64,000 nt of DNA from positions 192,001-256,000 of the IMG/VR virus record IMGVR_UViG_3300021514_000002; one strand, written 5' to 3'. Below, piece by piece: positions 9,514 to 18,669 of the stretch. The position numbers and the translations under genes are program-made. The DNA comes from a virus (taxonomy: Duplodnaviria; Caudoviricetes). The notes under the pieces were generated by a model. That model did not search any database. It was not told where the DNA came from and worked only from the letters and a program-made list of their open reading frames with translations. Every line of letters starts with the position of its first letter. The stretch's first letter is position 1.

Positions 9514-10147
9514 ATGCGTTGACGCCTATATTAGCATTCCATAATGTTCTAATTCTACGACACGAATCAAGTGCTAATCTGGCATCTTCTAATGCGTTAT
9601 GACCATCTCTATCGTCGTACCCCATAGTAGAAAAGAAATCATCTGATATGAATGAGCCAACAGTCGCAAAGCCGATTGAATTAGTATCATAGTGTCTACT
9701 ACCGAATGGAATCTCGACACCATGGCGTCTTAACATTTTCCGTAAGAATGGAACATCAAAAGTGTGTACATTATGACCCAGCGTTTTAACTTGCGAGGTC
9801 GGCCCCCAATACTTAACTATTAAATTGGCAATTTGTACTACGGCTTCTTCTTCGGCAATACCATACTTTTCAAGATGTTGTAATGTTAAACCATGTATTT
9901 TTGCAGCCGCTTTGCCAAATTCTGGATCGGCAATACGTGCAGCTAAACTTTCTTCATTCCACTTTATTTCAACGTAGAGTTCTTCTATGGGTTTTAATGT
10001 CTGACCATCCGCAACTATAATACCCCAAGAAATTGCTTGATGTCCATCAGATGGATTATCCGAATCCCAATCAAGTCCCGTGGTTTCACAATCTATCGCC
10101 AGAAGATGTTTAAAGTAACCTCTTGGTTTGTTTTTTAAATCTACCAT
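9506..10147 (-). CDS. DEDDh 3'-5' exonuclease
   Basis: AIDCETTGLD, GHNVHTFDVPFL, HNALEDA. Confidence 0.9.
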   Translation of the reverse strand: MVDLKNKPRGYFKHLLAIDCETTGLDWDSDNPSDGHQAISWGIIVADGQTLKPIEELYVEIKWNEESLAARIADPEFGKAAAKIHGLTLQHLEKYGIAEEEAVVQIANLIVKYWGPTSQVKTLGHNVHTFDVPFLRKMLRRHGVEIPFGSRHYDTNSIGFATVGSFISDDFFSTMGYDDRDGHNALEDARLALDSCRRIRTLWNANIGVNAYE

Positions 10148-10151
10148 GTTT

Positions 10152-10475
10152 TTATCCGATTCCCCAATTTACTATTTGTTTTGCCCAGTTTGGCTGTTCG
10201 GTGTGTATCCAACATTCTACGCCATCATCCCATTGATACCAAATTTCTTCTTTTGGTATTGAGTGCAACCCTTCTGGGATTTTTTCTATTATTAACCAAT
10301 TGTACATGCATTCATGCATGTCTGCCCAATTTTTATCTGCAGCTTGTAATGCTTTTTGTTTATCTGAAAAATATCCAAAACAACGTTCATGTTTTGGTTG
10401 GGGTTCGAACCCTTCTTCCGCTTTGGCGAAGATTGCTGTTAAAAAATACATTATACATCCACCGCTTTTTCCCAT
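10152..10475 (-). CDS. Hypothetical protein
   Basis: Co-oriented ORF. Confidence 0.6.
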   Translation of the reverse strand: MGKSGGCIMYFLTAIFAKAEEGFEPQPKHERCFGYFSDKQKALQAADKNWADMHECMYNWLIIEKIPEGLHSIPKEEIWYQWDDGVECWIHTEQPNWAKQIVNWGIG

Positions 10476-10708
10476 TGGGCAAATTCTATTTCACCGTCAA
10501 TTAGGATAGGTTTGTCACATGCTTCTGCCATGCGTTCAAATATTGTTTTTAGTTCTTCTATATCGTTACCTGATGGTACGATAGGGTTTTCAGTAATGGC
10601 ACAAAGTTCACCATTTTCATTATAATGCGCCTCGTGAATTTCATAATAAAATTCATCTTCGCAATGGGCATCGCGTTTCCGTACTACTCTATGATTCCAT
10701 GTTGTCAT
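10451..10708 (-). CDS. Phage hypothetical protein
   Basis: MTTWNHRVV..YEIHEAHY..G; TTGACA-17-TATAAT upstream at 10740-10768. Confidence 0.65.
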   Translation of the reverse strand: MTTWNHRVVRKRDAHCEDEFYYEIHEAHYNENGELCAITENPIVPSGNDIEELKTIFERMAEACDKPILIDGEIEFAQWEKAVDV

Positions 10709-10771
10709 AAAAAATCCCCAGCTATTTTCATAACTAGGGATTATATAACACAATTATTTAATTGTCAAGGA

Positions 10772-11116
10772 TTAATCTTTAACTTTACCTTCTTTCATCA
10801 GGTACTTCTTGATACGCTCATCAATTACTGGCATCTTCATACGGAGCATTTCTAATAACATCATTGCATGATCGGCTTCTTCATCGCGATTATGTTCAAG
10901 GAGTTCACGTAGAGCTTCATCTTCCGTGGCATTCATGCGCATATTGTAATCATTAAACGCAGCAAATTCTTCCATCATTGAATGAATAATACGTGAAATA
11001 TCAATATTTTCACTACTTAATTCATTATATGGTTCATCTTCTGCTACCATGGCTTCGCTAATTGGTAGTGTGCTATCATTAAGCATTCTAAATATCCCAA
11101 ATTTCTTCTTTTTCAT
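10772..11116 (-). CDS. Encapsulated-ferritin (EncFtn/Flp)-like protein
   Basis: SMMEEFAAFNDYNMR..LEHNRDEEADHAMMLLEMLR matches the EncFtn half-ferritin signature (EE.EA...Y.QR / HNRDEE.EH.AM.LEWLR). Confidence 0.8.
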   Translation of the reverse strand: MKKKKFGIFRMLNDSTLPISEAMVAEDEPYNELSSENIDISRIIHSMMEEFAAFNDYNMRMNATEDEALRELLEHNRDEEADHAMMLLEMLRMKMPVIDERIKKYLMKEGKVKD

Positions 11117-11139
11117 ATCCTATCCTATTTTATGATTAT

Positions 11140-11397
11140 TTATGAAGGTAAGATAATAGTTTTCTTTGAACCATACGTCAGTTCTTGTTGAAATATTTCT
11201 TCAAGTTCATCATTCCATTCATCTAATTCTTTAAGGAGTGTTTTGGCCAATTCAAAATCACCACGCTGATGATGCATAAATGCCAATTCGCGTTTTTGCA
11301 TAATTACTTGTTCACAAGCTTCAAGATAAGTAATTTCATAAATTTCGCGTAAACTTTCAATGATTTCTTCTTCTGGTGGGGAAAAATATACTGTCAT
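11140..11397 (-). CDS. Hypothetical protein
   Basis: Co-oriented ORF. Confidence 0.6.
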   Translation of the reverse strand: MTVYFSPPEEEIIESLREIYEITYLEACEQVIMQKRELAFMHHQRGDFELAKTLLKELDEWNDELEEIFQQELTYGSKKTIILPS

Positions 11398-11409
11398 CTT
11401 AATATGTTC

Positions 11410-11976
11410 TCATTTTGTATTGATTTTATCTATAATCAAATTTATCCTTTCTGACAAATCCAATGTCTTTATAGTAGTGAGATTATCATTAATTATCATC
11501 TGTTTGGTAATGTCCATCATTGTATGATTAATTAATTTACTATAATATTTATTAGTACTTCTAACACCATCATGCTCCACAGCATCAAACACCGTTTCTA
11601 TATAAAAGACATGCGCATATGATTGACAATAATTATAACAAGTTTGAAAATAATCACCCAACCATGTATCATATTCATTGTATTGCCCAAATGAAATTAA
11701 TGAATATGTGAAAAGGTCTGAATATGTTCTTTCTGTAAAAAATATTTCCGAGCTTAGGCTGGCTTCCAGTTCATCATTATATTTTCGGCGAACGAGTTCT
11801 TCTTGGAATGCCAATTTTAAATCAAAATCCGAATTAACAACATCTAAAGATACCCCCCAATCATCTAAAATTGAACGAGCTGTTTTTCTTTCTATGACAG
11901 GATATCCTAAAGATTTCAGTTCATTTAGAACTGTGGTTTTTCCTGAACCTTGTGAGCCTGATATTGCTATTAACAT
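11410..11976 (-). CDS. P-loop NTPase / nucleotide kinase-like (NadR/AAA_28 type)
   Basis: IAISGSQGSGKTT Walker A; FTERTYSD; EHDGVR. Confidence 0.8.
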   Translation of the reverse strand: MLIAISGSQGSGKTTVLNELKSLGYPVIERKTARSILDDWGVSLDVVNSDFDLKLAFQEELVRRKYNDELEASLSSEIFFTERTYSDLFTYSLISFGQYNEYDTWLGDYFQTCYNYCQSYAHVFYIETVFDAVEHDGVRSTNKYYSKLINHTMMDITKQMIINDNLTTIKTLDLSERINLIIDKINTK

Positions 11977-12018
11977 ATTTTTCCAATTATTGTAAGCTTT
12001 ATAATATTTTTCATTATC

Positions 12019-12219
12019 TTAGTCATTATAATTGGCTTTTTCCACTTTGTCAAGCGCTACAACTAAATCGGCTACAATTTTATTGTTCTTTTTAAGTTTC
12101 TTGAGATAAACGGCGGCTTTTGTTTTTGTTTTGGCTGATTTAATTTTAGATGAATATTCGGTTGATAACGCTATTGACGATTTCAATTCTTCCACTAATA
12201 TGTTTTTTACTAAACTCAT
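12019..12219 (-). CDS. Hypothetical protein
   Basis: Co-oriented ORF. Confidence 0.55.
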   Translation of the reverse strand: MSLVKNILVEELKSSIALSTEYSSKIKSAKTKTKAAVYLKKLKKNNKIVADLVVALDKVEKANYND

Positions 12220-12497
12220 ATTAAAATCTGCTCATCCTTAGATGCAGCCTCAGCCTTTTGTTGAAGAATAGCATCAATAGTATTAATGCCTACTTGTAAT
12301 TGTTTGGCTATTTCTGCATGGCCAGCTTGTAATGCCATTACTGAACGATTATTTAGTATGATACGCTGATCCCAAAGAGCATTAATATCCATTTTACCCC
12401 AGTTTTCTGGAGACACTTTTTCTATTTTTTGTCGCGTGATTGGTGTGATATCACCATTAATATTTACTGCACCGGTAAAATCTTTTACATCTGCCAT
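12216..12497 (-). CDS. Hypothetical protein
   Basis: Start at MADVK has an AAGGAG SD. Confidence 0.6.
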   Translation of the reverse strand: MADVKDFTGAVNINGDITPITRQKIEKVSPENWGKMDINALWDQRIILNNRSVMALQAGHAEIAKQLQVGINTIDAILQQKAEAASKDEQILI

Positions 12498-12543
12498 TAT
12501 ATTCTCCTTTATTGTTGTATATATCAACTTAAAACGCAACTAG

Positions 12544-12551
12544 TATAAATA
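12544..12551 (+). promoter_or_regulatory. T4-type late promoter TATAAATA
   Basis: Exact TATAAATA ~40 bp before the 12591 gene. Exact minus-strand copies at 14478, 16125, 41023, 44664, 47954, 50543 and 60609, each upstream of a gene start. Confidence 0.7.
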
Positions 12552-12590
12552 ATAGACATAGCACAGATTTTATATATTAAAGGGCATAGT

Positions 12591-13574
12591 ATGAAACGTA
12601 AAACAACCAAGGAATTTATAGATGAATCTATAGCGATTCATGATAATAGATATGACTATTCGTTAGTTAAATATAAGAATAATAAAACTAAAGTAGAAAT
12701 TATTTGCCAGCTACATGGTAAATTTTTACAAGTAGCTAAAAGTCATTTAATGGGTTCTGGTTGTATTAAATGTCACCATACAGAAACCTCGAAAAGGTTA
12801 CAATACAACAATGCCGATTTTATTAAATTAGCAAAAGAAAAACATAATAATAAGTATGATTATTCTACAACGATTTATGTTAATAGCCATTCAAAGGTTA
12901 ATATTGTTTGTCAGGAACATGGAACATTTATGATGTTGCCAAGTAACCATATATACGGACAAGGTTGTCCAAAATGCGGTCAAATGATAACAGGTAAGTA
13001 TACAACCGCACAATTTATACAAAAGGCGAAACTATGTTACAATGGTAAATTTGACTATTCGTTGGTAGAATATAAAAATTCAACAACGCCCGTGATTATA
13101 AAATGTCCAGAACATGGGAAATTTAAACAACGTCCAGATTATCATTTGACAAATACCATATCTTGCCCCACGTGCGTGAACAATATACGTTCCGAAAATG
13201 GTATAGGTGGGTATTCAATGGCTTTATTCGAGGCGAATTCAGACTTAAAAACTAAAGCTGCATTGTTATATGTAGTAAAAATATATGACAACAACGAATC
13301 TTTTATTAAAGTTGGAATAACTATACAATCATTGAGCGCAAGATTTTCAAAATTTAATATCAATGGTTACAAAATAGTTCCAATTTATACATCGGCCTAT
13401 TCGTTATATGATGCTTTTATAAAAGAACAATCTATTATACAACATTTTATTGGAAGTACTTATAAACCAAAAAGGAAATTTAATGGTTGGACGGAATGTT
13501 TTGTATCAAACATAACACAAAATATTATCAATTTTGTAGACCAACAATGTGCAGAAGTTGTCCATTACCCATAG
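12591..13574 (+). mobile_element. Free-standing homing endonuclease: three DUF723-like zinc repeats plus GIY-YIG-like domain
   Basis: Repeats of H.NKYDYS...Y.N...KV.I.C..HG.F...P..H..G.GC.KC; C-terminal LYVVKIYD..IKVGIT..GWTECF. Opposite strand to neighbours, with its own late promoter. Confidence 0.75.
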
Positions 13575-14454
13575 TAGTAATACTATAAGATTGGTTACGA
13601 TCTGCTGATTTCGTCTTTTTGACAGGTATATCAGTACCTGCTAATATATCCCTACGAATATCTAATTCATCATGTGTGGCATCGTGAAGATTGTATATCC
13701 ACAATTCTTCATATGTTCCAGATTCGGATTGGCGCTTGTAAATTAAATGCGCATCTTTGACCGTTCTAATAATACCTGCACGATTAGGATCAACGGGTTC
13801 TTCCATATTTACATCATCAACAGGTGGGGTCAATACTTCTTCGCCGTTGCCCTGACTTGGTTGGTCCATACCACCGCCCATAGAAACCCCTTGTCCAAGG
13901 CTTTCAGCTCCTTCCTTGGAACTTAGTCCAAATTCATCAAGGAAACGGGTATAATAACTAACTGCTGTAGAATTAGTCACACCGACTTCTTTCATAAACG
14001 AATTGATTATATCTGCACGGGTTGCATTTGGGCGATTAAACATTGCTTGAAATAATTGTCTAGCTTGATCAACCTTAGCAGCCTTCATTTCTGGTTCTTC
14101 TTCTTTTGGTGTTTCGCTAGGATATGTAGTCATCCCAGCATCAGCATCATTATTGTTTTTCCCATATGCTGGTCCTGAAAGAACATTAGCCGAAAAAGAA
14201 CTTGGAGTTATACCTGCTAATAATTCTAAAATGAGGCTTTCGCCCACAATACCACCAGAGGAACCTGCATACGAACCTGAGCTTGAATCAGCGCCTGCAA
14301 CACCTGCGGTAAACCATGCGTCAGCTAGACCCCCTGGATTATATTCGCTTTTGTTGTATTTGATTTTCTTCAATTTTGGCTTTTTAAGAAGTTTCTTTTT
14401 AGAAATAGTCTTATTTTTAATAAAGTCTTTAAGTGATAATTTTTTGGTTGTCAT
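13528..14454 (-). CDS. Hypothetical late protein
   Basis: TATAAATA at 14478-14485; low-complexity linkers. Confidence 0.7.
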   Translation of the reverse strand: MTTKKLSLKDFIKNKTISKKKLLKKPKLKKIKYNKSEYNPGGLADAWFTAGVAGADSSSGSYAGSSGGIVGESLILELLAGITPSSFSANVLSGPAYGKNNNDADAGMTTYPSETPKEEEPEMKAAKVDQARQLFQAMFNRPNATRADIINSFMKEVGVTNSTAVSYYTRFLDEFGLSSKEGAESLGQGVSMGGGMDQPSQGNGEEVLTPPVDDVNMEEPVDPNRAGIIRTVKDAHLIYKRQSESGTYEELWIYNLHDATHDELDIRRDILAGTDIPVKKTKSADRNQSYSITTMGNGQLLHIVGLQN

Positions 14455-14547
14455 TACAATTCCTCATGTACACTAGGTATTTATACAACCTGTTGAAGAT
14501 GGTGAAAAATTGCAGCGATAAATATATTAAAACAACGAGGGAATGTA

Positions 14548-15000
14548 ATGACAACCAAAAAACGCGTACGAGGTAATCCACTACCTTTAATTGTTGAAGA
14601 ACATCCAGAAAATTATGACGGTTACCCATTTATAACATTAATCCAGTATCGCGACCAGCATTTATTGGGTATAATTGATAATACTACAGATAAAATGATA
14701 AAAGCGTATATTTTAGACTTGTGTGGGCCTGCTCGCGTGAATGAAGAACAGGTTATTGAGATTGCTAGTCAATGGTACGCTACAGCAAAGGATAGATACC
14801 CGTTATCGTTTGAATTTTCAAAGCGTGGACTTTCCGAAGAGGTGAAGGGAATTTATAGATCGTATGCTGTAGGATTCGTCACGCGCATTATTGGACCACT
14901 TCCTCGATTTGAAATGTCAGAAGTTAAGAGCGTGAAAAGACGCAGAAGAAAGCCAATTTCAAATAATATTGAAGTTCATAATAAAATTATGAAATTATAA
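14548..15000 (+). CDS. Hypothetical protein
   Basis: 150-aa ORF with GAGGGA SD, divergent from the 13528 gene. Confidence 0.7.
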   Translation: MTTKKRVRGNPLPLIVEEHPENYDGYPFITLIQYRDQHLLGIIDNTTDKMIKAYILDLCGPARVNEEQVIEIASQWYATAKDRYPLSFEFSKRGLSEEVKGIYRSYAVGFVTRIIGPLPRFEMSEVKSVKRRRRKPISNNIEVHNKIMKL

Positions 15001-15507
15001 GCTGGTTTTAATCTTGTGGTTTTTTAGAAATTTCTTTTCGGATAAATCCTGTTGAATATCTGAAATCATTGCCCATGATTCTGTTGCCATATTAGTATCT
15101 TCTTGTGAACTAATTCCCATAGGATTTGCAGGGGTTTCCATATCGTGATCAGTTGCAGGAAGTTCTGGTGCTTTGGTTTTAGCTGCAATTTCTTCAATAG
15201 CTTCTAAATTTTCAGCATAGGCATACTGTTCACCTAAGTCTGTTAAATTTCCCGTATCATTTGTAAGTCCTTCATTTCGCATAGCATCTTTACCTTTTTC
15301 AGTAATTGCTGCTTCATTTTCACCGACCTGCACCATGCCAAGTTTCACAAGAACGTCACGATTAGCAACGACGTTTTTATCATTTGAAATACTTGAATAA
15401 GCTGTCAGGGGCGTAGATTCAGGCAAGCTGAGTTTAGCTAACACAAATTTTTGAGCATGTGATAGCCGAATATTAGTAAGAATTTGAACTTCGTTTATTT
15501 TATCCAT
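14995..15507 (-). CDS. Hypothetical protein
   Basis: Co-oriented ORF; CATAAATA upstream. Confidence 0.65.
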   Translation of the reverse strand: MDKINEVQILTNIRLSHAQKFVLAKLSLPESTPLTAYSSISNDKNVVANRDVLVKLGMVQVGENEAAITEKGKDAMRNEGLTNDTGNLTDLGEQYAYAENLEAIEEIAAKTKAPELPATDHDMETPANPMGISSQEDTNMATESWAMISDIQQDLSEKKFLKNHKIKTSL

Positions 15508-15524
15508 GAAGGTATTTATGATGA

Positions 15525-16103
15525 TTAAATAATATTTGCTTTTATTAGGTGTAATTGTAAAACTATATTTAATGCATATGCCAGCGAATGGCTTCTTTTG
15601 AAATAATATTTCTTAGGATCTTCTGGTTTTTTATATAATTCTTCTCTAATTTTTTCTTTATCGTTTACATAATAATTGATAAGGTGTTTCTTCGCGGGTC
15701 TTATAAGAGAGATGGCATCGGCCAATTCTTCGGTTGATTTTGGTTTAATTTTAAATATAACATCAAAATGTCTATGAATTTGGAACATTTTTTCAACTGA
15801 TTCACGATCTTCTAATATAGACCAATCAGGTTCCACCTTTAATAAGGTACGAATTTCTTCTTTACTTTCAAATATATCTAATAGTGACAAATGTAAAAAA
15901 TCTACTTTGAAGTAACCTAATTCGTCTGCTTTTTTATACGGAATTGCTGCTAACTTAGATATTGAATCTTTGGGCATGTATTGAAGATACGCGCCTGCGG
16001 GATGTTTCTTTAATTCATCCTTGTCGACCATAGCGGCTCGAACCGCTTGTGGAAAATACTCAAGCGGATCAAAATCTGTTTTAAAATCAATATCAATATC
16101 CAT
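15525..16103 (-). CDS. DnaE (Pol III alpha)-like catalytic-core piece
   Basis: MDIDIDF (cf. PDIDIDF), KHPAGAY (cf. HAAG), GYFKVDFLHL (cf. GLIKFDFLGL), LADAISLIRPA, YFKRSHSLAYA (cf. F.KSHA.AYA). Confidence 0.8.
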   Translation of the reverse strand: MDIDIDFKTDFDPLEYFPQAVRAAMVDKDELKKHPAGAYLQYMPKDSISKLAAIPYKKADELGYFKVDFLHLSLLDIFESKEEIRTLLKVEPDWSILEDRESVEKMFQIHRHFDVIFKIKPKSTEELADAISLIRPAKKHLINYYVNDKEKIREELYKKPEDPKKYYFKRSHSLAYALNIVLQLHLIKANII

Positions 16104-16109
16104 ATATTA

Positions 16110-16138
16110 ATTATACACGGCTATTATTTATATGTCAA
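16110..16138 (-). promoter_or_regulatory. Composite early/late promoter
   Basis: TTGACA-17-TATAAT with an exact TATAAATA (16125-16132) inside the spacer. Confidence 0.7.
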
Positions 16139-16153
16139 ATATACCAACCGATA

Positions 16154-18655
16154 TCATGCTAACGCCATCTCCTCGTCTGTTAGTGCATATGTCCAATCTC
16201 TGTACCTGATTAAAACACCATTCATATAAGATGTATTTTTTGTGCCAAGTTCAATACTGGATGTGGAAATATCATTCGGTGTTCCGTTATAGGTGGAACC
16301 ATCCTGAACGCCGTTCAACCACATTTTAAAAACGCCGTTAGTATGTGTTATACCTACTCTTATAGGAACCCCAATAGGCAAAGGGGTTGTTCCCGTTATT
16401 CGAGCGCCTGTGTTATAGAACCATTCTAAATAGAAGTTTATACCATCAGCAGTAGTGTACACCAATGAATCATGGGTGTTATTATAAACATATATACCAC
16501 CAGTGGAGAACGTTGTACCATACAACACAATATCTAAAATCCTTGTGTAATCATAAATAACTTGTAATGTAACATTGTCCTTCTGCAATGAAATTGTAGG
16601 TGAATGTTTTCTAGTTACCGCGACGGTAGTAGTTTCTATTCTGGATGATGGACCAGATGCATACTCTAGTTGATTATAGTCTATTGCTAGTTTATCACCA
16701 GAGGTGCTTATCTTAATTCCAAACTGGGGATCAAGTTGAGTTTGATTCATCCACACTCTTACCCATGGACGATTTAATATATTCAACTGAGCTGTCACAT
16801 CTGTATAAGTAGCCCCACCATCCATCGTTATGGATATTGTTCCTGTACCAACCAGTCGTTTTATATCACAACTATATGCTCTTCTGGCTGAAGAAGCAGT
16901 AAAAGTTTGAAACACCGTAGCATCGGCTGCTGTTGCTAAGATAGATGATGCTGCACTCGCAACATTGTCCATACCTAGTTGATCAAACAACGCGGTCATG
17001 TTGGTCTTAACCCATGCAGCATTCGACATGTCACGTGAGTAAAGCACCTCATTAGTACGGTCATCTTCACAAACAGTACCGCGAAAATTCTTACCCTCTG
17101 TAGATATTGGGAAACTCCCAACTGTGTATGCTTCGGTAGCAACAGGAATACCGTCAAAAGGTCTGTTCAAAAATAATTGCGTGACATTATTGCCAGTTAT
17201 CCAACGTGCTTCGCCGTCACCACTCCACCATACTAGCTTGTCTTTGTGTTCTCCAGGAGTCCATGTTTGTGTGGTGTCTTCCAATATAGACTGAGTTGAC
17301 CCCGCGCCTGTCAGCGTACCTGAAAATTGTACAAGTGTTTCTACATACTCAAAGCGGTCTTTCTGTGTGAATGTACTTGTTGATGTAGAGTGTACTATAG
17401 GCTCTGGGAACCCGCTATTTATAACTGCGTTATAGTTTGTAAAACTATGGTCGTTAGTAGGAATTGCTATTGTACCAACAGAACCAACAGGAACACCACC
17501 TCCACTAGCAGGTGTTTCATTAACCCATTTACTAGTACCACTATCATAAGTAAGTACCTGACCATCTACAATGTCTAACGGTGAACCCGTTGGTGTAAGG
17601 GTAACATCAGTTAAACCATTTAATGAAGTAACACTGCTCGCACCACCAATACTAGTAAATTTTGCAGCTTCTATAAAGACCGCATCTGCGCTGTCGGATA
17701 AATCTATCGCACCACCGCGAATAATTAAATATCCACGGGTTATTCCTGTGGCAAATGCTGGATTGTATAGGTGATTAACATCCGGCAAATCTGCAAGTGC
17801 CTCGGCGAAGCTTCCATAATCCGTTTGCCCATATTCAATGCGATGACCTGCACCAGGACAATGGTTTATAATCTGGACTGTCCATGTGTTTGAACCAACA
17901 GTACCAGGTGCGCCGTCACCATCATCCCATTCATCAGGAACAATGGTATTAGTCTTGTTTGTTAATGTATATCCGCCAGAGCCATCTTGGTAACTATAAA
18001 TCCATTCGAATGCTGTTTCTGCGCCATCTGTTGTAATATCGGGGACTGCTTTATTAATATGAAAATTGTTACCAACGCGATAACTTTCGCCAATGGATTT
18101 ATCTAAGTTTAAATTTCCACCATTTGCACTATATACGTTACCACTAATGTTAAAACTTCCAAGAGCTAGACCAAGATCGGACAACCGCGCAGCTGTATCA
18201 AATGCAGCAATAGGATCACTTCTTATACCAAGAACATTAGTATTATTTGCATGGCCGATAGTACCAAGAATAATATAATCCCTTGTATTGGCGGGTGTGA
18301 AATTTGTTGTTTGTTGTATAAGATTAACTGAAGGCGAGCCGGAAATATCAATGGCAATAAAAGTTTGTGGCTCGGTCGCAATATTTGTAATTGCAACATC
18401 CGTATAAGCTGACCATGATACAAGTTGATATGTTGGATTTTCAGGATCGGTATAATTATTAACTACAATACCAGACCCTGCTGTTACTGAAAATGTTGTT
18501 GTTGTTAATGGAGAACCAGACAATGTACCAAACGAAAGCGCGCCGCCCGTAAACAATCCTGTTGAAATTTTACTTAATTGTATTGGCAATAAGCCATTTG
18601 CATCAGGAAAAACAACTTCACCTGGTTCGATTTGAAAACCTTTAATACGTGCCAT
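16154..18655 (-). CDS. Virion fibre / receptor-binding protein with C-terminal LamG/ConA-like domain
   Basis: Gly/Thr/Ser-rich beta protein; DGQVLTYDSGTSKWVN fibre motif; RTNEVLYSRDMSNAAWVK; C-terminal VGITH..MWLNG..IELG..ALTDEE; 3 GSP motifs. Confidence 0.75.
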   Translation of the reverse strand: MARIKGFQIEPGEVVFPDANGLLPIQLSKISTGLFTGGALSFGTLSGSPLTTTTFSVTAGSGIVVNNYTDPENPTYQLVSWSAYTDVAITNIATEPQTFIAIDISGSPSVNLIQQTTNFTPANTRDYIILGTIGHANNTNVLGIRSDPIAAFDTAARLSDLGLALGSFNISGNVYSANGGNLNLDKSIGESYRVGNNFHINKAVPDITTDGAETAFEWIYSYQDGSGGYTLTNKTNTIVPDEWDDGDGAPGTVGSNTWTVQIINHCPGAGHRIEYGQTDYGSFAEALADLPDVNHLYNPAFATGITRGYLIIRGGAIDLSDSADAVFIEAAKFTSIGGASSVTSLNGLTDVTLTPTGSPLDIVDGQVLTYDSGTSKWVNETPASGGGVPVGSVGTIAIPTNDHSFTNYNAVINSGFPEPIVHSTSTSTFTQKDRFEYVETLVQFSGTLTGAGSTQSILEDTTQTWTPGEHKDKLVWWSGDGEARWITGNNVTQLFLNRPFDGIPVATEAYTVGSFPISTEGKNFRGTVCEDDRTNEVLYSRDMSNAAWVKTNMTALFDQLGMDNVASAASSILATAADATVFQTFTASSARRAYSCDIKRLVGTGTISITMDGGATYTDVTAQLNILNRPWVRVWMNQTQLDPQFGIKISTSGDKLAIDYNQLEYASGPSSRIETTTVAVTRKHSPTISLQKDNVTLQVIYDYTRILDIVLYGTTFSTGGIYVYNNTHDSLVYTTADGINFYLEWFYNTGARITGTTPLPIGVPIRVGITHTNGVFKMWLNGVQDGSTYNGTPNDISTSSIELGTKNTSYMNGVLIRYRDWTYALTDEEMALA

Positions 18656-18669
18656 TTTTTATATTCTCC

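Noticed and set aside
15525-16103. Trans-splicing split intein in the DnaE-like pieces
   Set aside because: Neither piece has intein ends (no N-terminal Cys/Ser block, no terminal His-Asn).
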